64,000 bases of DNA from Schizosaccharomyces osmophilus. Its lineage: Eukaryota. Every line of letters starts with the position of its first letter. Within the stretch, counting starts at the first letter, position 1. Under the pieces are notes generated by a model, which worked only from the letters and a program-made list of their open reading frames with translations, was not told the DNA's origin and did no database searches. The stretch spans positions 1,612,001-1,676,000 of the forward strand of contig NC_079238.1 in NCBI RefSeq assembly GCF_027921745.1, written 5' to 3'. This document shows positions 58,926-64,000 of the stretch, one piece after another. The position numbers and the translations under genes were made by a program.

Positions 58926-60470
58926 ATGCTAGGACGTCGTCTCAAATATGGTTCCTTCAAGCGGGTATTAATAACACTGTTGTTAGTTTCTTCAATTTAT
59001 CTGTGTGCGAATTATGTTGCTACAAAAAAAGATCCACCTCAAAGCGCGGCTGTAGAAAAGCAAAACATTATACGTGACACATTTCAGAAAAGTTGGTCGG
59101 ATTATGAAATGTATGGATGGGGATTTGATGAGTATCATCCCATCACGAAAACAGGAAGAAATTATCTTTCGAAAGGAATCGGCTGGATGATTATTGATGC
59201 CTTGGATACCATGATGATTATGGGGTTAGACGATCAGAAAAAACGTGCTCGTGAGTGGATCAAGTCTTCACTTACGTGGGATCACGGGGACGAGGAAATG
59301 AACGTGTTTGAGACTACAATACGCATGTTAGGTGGCTTACTCTCTGCTCATCATCTTTCGCATGATCCTTTATATTTAGAAAAAGCAGTTGATTTAGGCG
59401 ACCGATTACTCTGTGCGTACAACACGACAACCGGTGTTCCCCGTGCTAATTTGAATCTTAAAACTCGCACTTCCAGAAAACGCACTAGAAGCTACATGGT
59501 TAGCACTTCTGAGTGTGGTACTGTTCAAATGGAATTACGCTATCTGTCTTATTTGACAGGCGATCGCCGTTATTGGGATGCCGCTGACAAAGTTACTACC
59601 ATGTTACTAAACGATCCCAGCTGGTCCCATATTGGCCTCGTGCCCATCAGTTTCAACTTGGAAACGGGCAAGTATATTGGTGCCAATATTCGACTTGGTT
59701 CACACGGAGACTCGTATTATGAGTATCTCTTGAAACAAACTCTTCATTTGAAGGATCAGGTACCCATTTATCGTGAAGCTTACAACATAGCTGTAGACGG
59801 AATCATGAAGCATCTCGTCAATTACACAACCCACGAAAAGTATGCCTACATAGCTGAACTACCAAACGGGCTAAATAAGAAACAGCATCCAAAGATGGAC
59901 CACTTGGTATGCTTCCTATCCGGTACACTCATGTGGGGTGCTACAAATGGCACAAGTCTCAGTGCTGCAAGAGGAAGTGGTCAGTGGAGTGAGCAACAGG
60001 AACAAGTAGTGAAATTATCGGAAGACCTTTGTAGAACTTGTTATGAAATGTATAGATCCACGGCTACTGGATTAGCTCCAGAGATTGTATATTTTGCTTC
60101 GGACACAAAGAACCGTGAAATGTATACTTTCACTCGGGACCGACACAATCTCATGAGACCCGAAACGGTTGAAAGCCTTTTTATATTATACAGAATTACT
60201 GGTAAAGAAATATACAGAGAATGGGGATGGAATATTTTCCAGGCCTTTATGAAGCATGCTCGATTACCAGGAAGAGATGCATTTACATGCTTGAACAATG
60301 TTGAGGTTACCGGCATAACGAATCATAGAGATAGAACTGAATCTTTTTGGTTTGCCGAAACATTAAAATACCTATACTTGCTGTTTGAAGATGATCCCTC
60401 TGTCCTTGCCTTAACAAATTATACATTCAATACGGAAGCTCACCCCTTTCCGAACATCACTCCTCAGTAA
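58926..60470 (+). CDS. mns1: ER alpha-1,2-mannosidase, GH47
   Basis: Type II TM anchor, WGFDEYHP, VFETTIRMLGGLLSA, GDSYYEYLLK, MDHLVCF, MRPETVES, ESFWFAETLKY, FNTEAHP. Confidence 0.94.
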   Translation: MLGRRLKYGSFKRVLITLLLVSSIYLCANYVATKKDPPQSAAVEKQNIIRDTFQKSWSDYEMYGWGFDEYHPITKTGRNYLSKGIGWMIIDALDTMMIMGLDDQKKRAREWIKSSLTWDHGDEEMNVFETTIRMLGGLLSAHHLSHDPLYLEKAVDLGDRLLCAYNTTTGVPRANLNLKTRTSRKRTRSYMVSTSECGTVQMELRYLSYLTGDRRYWDAADKVTTMLLNDPSWSHIGLVPISFNLETGKYIGANIRLGSHGDSYYEYLLKQTLHLKDQVPIYREAYNIAVDGIMKHLVNYTTHEKYAYIAELPNGLNKKQHPKMDHLVCFLSGTLMWGATNGTSLSAARGSGQWSEQQEQVVKLSEDLCRTCYEMYRSTATGLAPEIVYFASDTKNREMYTFTRDRHNLMRPETVESLFILYRITGKEIYREWGWNIFQAFMKHARLPGRDAFTCLNNVEVTGITNHRDRTESFWFAETLKYLYLLFEDDPSVLALTNYTFNTEAHPFPNITPQ

Positions 60471-60677
60471 AGTTTTAGCTTAAATCAAATAAATATTTAT
60501 TCTTTTTGTTGTTTTAACTTCCGGTCCCAATCAGTTCATTCCTTTAATTTATTAAAAGGTGATCCAAACATACTAAACCTGTCAAAATATAATAAACGAA
60601 TCATATAGTATTGCTGATTGACCATGAAATGCAAATATTTACTATGCAATGATTTTCTTGAGACACGTTATTGGCAT

Positions 60678-61226
60678 TTACGTTTGTTCAACTTGCATAA
60701 ATTGTTCGGAAAAGCGAAGAGCATCCAAAAACGATGAAGCTTGCTCAGCTGGACCGAAACTTTCATTATCAGAATTCCACTGGTCTTGGTCCTCTGATTT
60801 ATCCCACTGTTGATAATCTTTGTGATGTTAGCTTCAAGTACACTCAAGAAGAATAGCTATATGAAACTAAGTACCTTGTATCCATTGTGATTTCCGAAAT
60901 CTTTGTTTACGTTGCTGTTTTCGAATATGATGAAGCTTGGACTCCATTAGCTCTTGAACCCTTAGCTCGCGAGCATGCTCGACTTGCAGATTTGCGACTT
61001 GGCCAGAGCTCATTGAGGAAGACTGGCTGGCAGGTTTAGGATCAACAGACTCTTGGCTGTGCTCAGGCATCACATAAGAATCGGTATTCTCATCGTAGTA
61101 AAGCATATCAGGTAATTGGCGACGCTTTCTTGTCGAGCGTACTAAAAGGTCAGCAACGTTGAACAGAAGTCTTTCTTATGCCATACCAGGGAGAACGCGC
61201 TCTCCTTGCTTTTTTTGAGAAGCCAT
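60678..61226 (-). CDS. iec5: Probable Ino80 complex subunit Iec5 (3 exons)
   Basis: Spliced MASQKKQGERVLPVRSTRKRRQLPDMLYYDE...SFLDALRFSEQFMQVEQT with in-frame GT..AG introns. Name from recollection of the S. pombe protein and synteny. Confidence 0.75.
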
Positions 61227-62018
61227 TGTTAAAATAAGTAGTAGTTTACGTATCCAGTCAAATTTTCGTCTTCAAATACCAAGCAAACTCTAGTAGCACT
61301 ATTGAAAGCAATTGGAAATCTTTAATAAGCATGTAAAATAGTACTTGCTTTAAAGACTAAAATAGCTTGATCCCGTATGTAAATGGTTCAATAAATAACG
61401 ATTGATTTGGTATGGTAGAATGCTCTTTTACAAGTTAATGGAGATCACCACTATGAATTATGAAAGAGGTCTACTGAATGAGACTTTCTCATGCCCACTA
61501 TAAGATGCTTATATAAAAATAAGAAAGATATCATATTGTTATGTTTAGGACTGTGCTTTATATTGAATATTAAGGCAGGGATAACTTTTCTAGGATGATG
61601 ATTTTGAATACTATGTGCCGATCAATAAAAGAAACAAAACAAGTAGACCACTCGAAATTACTTCAAGATTCAATCAACTTATATTGAGAATACGAAACGA
61701 TTATAGGCTTTGCCAATTTTACAAGGTATGAAATTCTGCAAACATTGCGGCCTTTCAACATTGTACTACAATCTTGTATAAATCGAAACCAACTACAAAC
61801 AGTACAATACATACAGAATTACACTACAGACTGCAAAGATCAATATGAAGGTTGGTTTAAGGAATTCATCAAAAAAAACTACAAACCCCAATTCTCTACC
61901 TACCGCAAAAGCAGTCTCCCAACCTCAGACTACAGCCATTTAAGAATAGGAAAAACCAAAAGCAAAGTGTATCTAAAGGAAGGATAAACTCGTTGAAAGG
62001 ATACTACAAAAAGCAGGT

Positions 62019-62738
62019 TTATTTTTTCATGGATGAAGCACGACGGGCCTTAACGACTTCCTTCTTTTGCTTTTGATCAGCAACACGCTTGGCCAACAAT
62101 TGAGCGAATCCAGCAGCATCCTCACGATTCTTCTCAGCTTGTCTACGCTTGAGAGCGAAACGGTGACGCTTGTGTTGAAGGGTTCTGGGGGTAACAAGGC
62201 GTTGGATCTTGGGGGCCTTGGTGTAAGGCTTCTTGCCTTCCTTCTTGGGCTGAACCTCACGACGAATAACGAATTGGCGAACATCGTCTTCCTTAGTCAA
62301 GTTGAAGAAGCGGCGAATCTTAGAGGCACGCTTAGGTCCGAGACGCTTGGGGACGGTAACGTCGGTCAAGCCGGGAATGTCTTGCTCACCTTGCTTAACA
62401 ATGGCGACAGCGAGAACAGCCATGTCTTGGTTGACGATGCAACCACGGACGGACTTACGCTTGCGCTCACCGTCACGACGAGGGCGGTAGCAAGGGTGAC
62501 CAGCACGAAGCAAAAGACGAACACGGTGAGGAAGCAAGACACCTTGGAACATAGGGAAACCTTGCTTGTCGTTACCACCGGTGATCTTGAAGACGTAGCC
62601 AGCAAATTCGGGTCCTACAGAGTCAGCGGGAACTTCTTGGCCCATTCTCTTGTCCATAAAGACACGGAGACGACGGTCATCGTCAATCTCAATTAGTTTT
62701 TGAGTACCGTTCGCCGGGTAGGAAATGTTCAGCTTCAT
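62019..62738 (-). CDS. rps6: 40S ribosomal protein S6 (eS6)
   Basis: [45 protein letters not shown]; true ATG at 62738. Confidence 0.97.
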   Translation of the reverse strand: MKLNISYPANGTQKLIEIDDDRRLRVFMDKRMGQEVPADSVGPEFAGYVFKITGGNDKQGFPMFQGVLLPHRVRLLLRAGHPCYRPRRDGERKRKSVRGCIVNQDMAVLAVAIVKQGEQDIPGLTDVTVPKRLGPKRASKIRRFFNLTKEDDVRQFVIRREVQPKKEGKKPYTKAPKIQRLVTPRTLQHKRHRFALKRRQAEKNREDAAGFAQLLAKRVADQKQKKEVVKARRASSMKK

Positions 62739-62799
62739 CGTGGCGGTTGGAGAATTCCTGCTGTTGCAACTTTCTGTTGCTTCTACACTTTGATAGAAA

Positions 62800-62840
62800 C
62801 AGTCACAACATTTCTTTCTAAACATTTCGGCCCTACCCTA
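62800..62840. promoter_or_regulatory. Homol D and Homol E boxes of the rps6 promoter
   Basis: CAGTCACA at 62800-62807 and CCCTACCCTA at 62831-62840. Confidence 0.82.
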
Positions 62841-63182
62841 AATCCCCAAAATAAGCTATCTGCAAGAGTGCTTTAATACAATCCAACGCGACTCAAGAAG
62901 GCTCCCTATATGGAATGCAGATGTACACAAATTCACAGGTGCCTGCTGTATGACAGGAGAGAATCATTTCTCAATCGTTTTTATGCGTTACATCTCTGTA
63001 TGGTAAGTTTTTTGAAATACTAGGAAAGGAATTTCTTTTGGATCATTCGTTTTTCACCTTTTGTAAGACGCGCGAGTTTTTTGACGCGTTCCAACATATC
63101 GACGCAAGTCCCTTCCCACCTGAATCAAGCAACTTTTCTTCCTGAAACGTAGAGGTCTCTTCGTTTTCCTTTAAATCCTATC

Positions 63183-64000
63183 ATGAAGCTTCATTCTGCA
63201 TTATGTTCCGGCGCGGTTGGAACATCAAGGTTTTATCGTTCGGAACTGCCAGCGCTTTATAAAAGGCTTATTCTGGATGCTAGAGCATTGGGACAACAAC
63301 CGGAAAAAGGTCTTTGGTTTCATGTAAAAACTTACTATCCAGTTAGCTATGCGGAGGATATGCTAACTGGAAGTCTTCCGAGACGTTTCTTCAAACTTCA
63401 AGCATTTCCATACTACAACGAAAAAATACGATCAAAAGAGTGGTTTGTTCGTGCTTATATTCAACCAGGATTGCCGATCCCTACTTCTCCTCCTGGCTTT
63501 CCTCCAAACGAAGCACAGGAAGCAGCTAACCAAGACAATCAAACACTCCCCCAAGCCTACTTTGCGAGAGATGAAAATTCGGACCCAACGACTTTTGTGA
63601 AAAGAGTCATTCCCGCTCGTGCTCCTTTGGAAGTTTCCGACGACTTTTCTGGAATAGGTTCTTGGTATCTTGCGGATAGCCAGCAAGTACAGGATTTCGA
63701 AAACCAAAAAGCTCTTTTGACCCAGTTTCGAATGAGGGCATATCCTAAATCCCTTCTATTACAATATGTTCCTAACGAAGCTACAAGCGAAGATCTTTAC
63801 AAATATTTGCGACGACAAGGTCCTATAGATGGAGTTATACAAATGAACAAGGAAGCGTTGCCAGCATCACCAAATTCTTTTCAGAGCAAGGAGTTGCTAC
63901 GCTTGACGCCCACGAACGATTGGCTTATTATTACCCCGAAACCCAATTTATTTTTGCGTCTCCTGCATAGAAATTCTTGGGAATCAATAAAAAGACTCGC
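63183..64000 (+). CDS. mpa1: 5' part of a probable mitochondrial protein with an RRM-like segment; runs off the window
   Basis: Open frame from ATG 63183 (MKLHSALCSGAVGTSRFYRS...) towards the window end, containing SLLLQYVPNEATSEDLYKYLRRQGPI. The symbol is tentative and rests on synteny only. Confidence 0.6.
   Translation, partial: MKLHSALCSGAVGTSRFYRSELPALYKRLILDARALGQQPEKGLWFHVKTYYPVSYAEDMLTGSLPRRFFKLQAFPYYNEKIRSKEWFVRAYIQPGLPIPTSPPGFPPNEAQEAANQDNQTLPQAYFARDENSDPTTFVKRVIPARAPLEVSDDFSGIGSWYLADSQQVQDFENQKALLTQFRMRAYPKSLLLQYVPNEATSEDLYKYLRRQGPIDGVIQMNKEALPASPNSFQSKELLRLTPTNDWLIITPKPNLFLRLLHRNSWESIKRL

Noticed and set aside
62919..62995. Possible multibranch hairpin (AGATGTA/TACATCT enclosing two short stems) between rps6 and the last gene
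   Set aside because: Stems are only 4-7 bp with no tRNA A/B boxes or snoRNA boxes; within chance expectation.
1..64000. CRISPR arrays, prokaryotic defence systems, intact transposons, wtf-like drivers or a secondary-metabolite cluster
   Set aside because: No repeat-spacer arrays, no RT/integrase/transposase ORFs and no 5S rDNA-flanked multi-exon membrane genes were seen; nearly all sequence is explained by conserved fission-yeast genes.

Overview
Eukaryotic, gene-dense, AT-rich DNA with short GT..AG introns and CTAAC branch points. It comes from a fission yeast (Schizosaccharomyces) that is not S. pombe: Rad24 is near-identical to, but differs from, the S. pombe protein as I recall it, which suggests the S. 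octosporus/cryophilus/osmophilus group (inference; the species cannot be fixed from this window). About 35 protein-coding genes are readable. Their order matches my recollection of S. pombe chromosome I (SPAC959-SPAC8E11-SPAC26A3-SPAC2E1P5-SPAPB1E7): omh6-like, sen15, small basic ORF, utp7, sec17, inv2, rad24, dmc1, thioesterase, DUF5102-like, alp31, SDR, rmt2, dsk2, nsp1, DUF1748, dhp1, nitrilase-family amidase, cnt6, rga2, smb1, rpl11, bud23, chc1, rpl20, rmi1, myh1, sxa1, rrp9, cwg2, erj5, mug109-like, mns1, iec5, rps6 and a truncated mpa1-like gene. I rebuilt exon structures by hand, and several starts in the ORF track are wrong because of introns. I saw no tRNA/rRNA, CRISPR array or intact transposon, and I found no convincing novel multi-gene system: this is mostly conserved housekeeping DNA. 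The best leads are a long, highly structured rad24 intron; the dmc1-rad24 tandem with a cluster of DSR hexamers; rmi1/myh1 stop codons interlocked in one palindrome; an uncharacterised 80-aa basic protein; a meiotic-motif-rich gap with only broken ORFs; and a possible LTR relic behind rpl20. Orthologue names come from sequence recognition plus remembered synteny, not from database searches.
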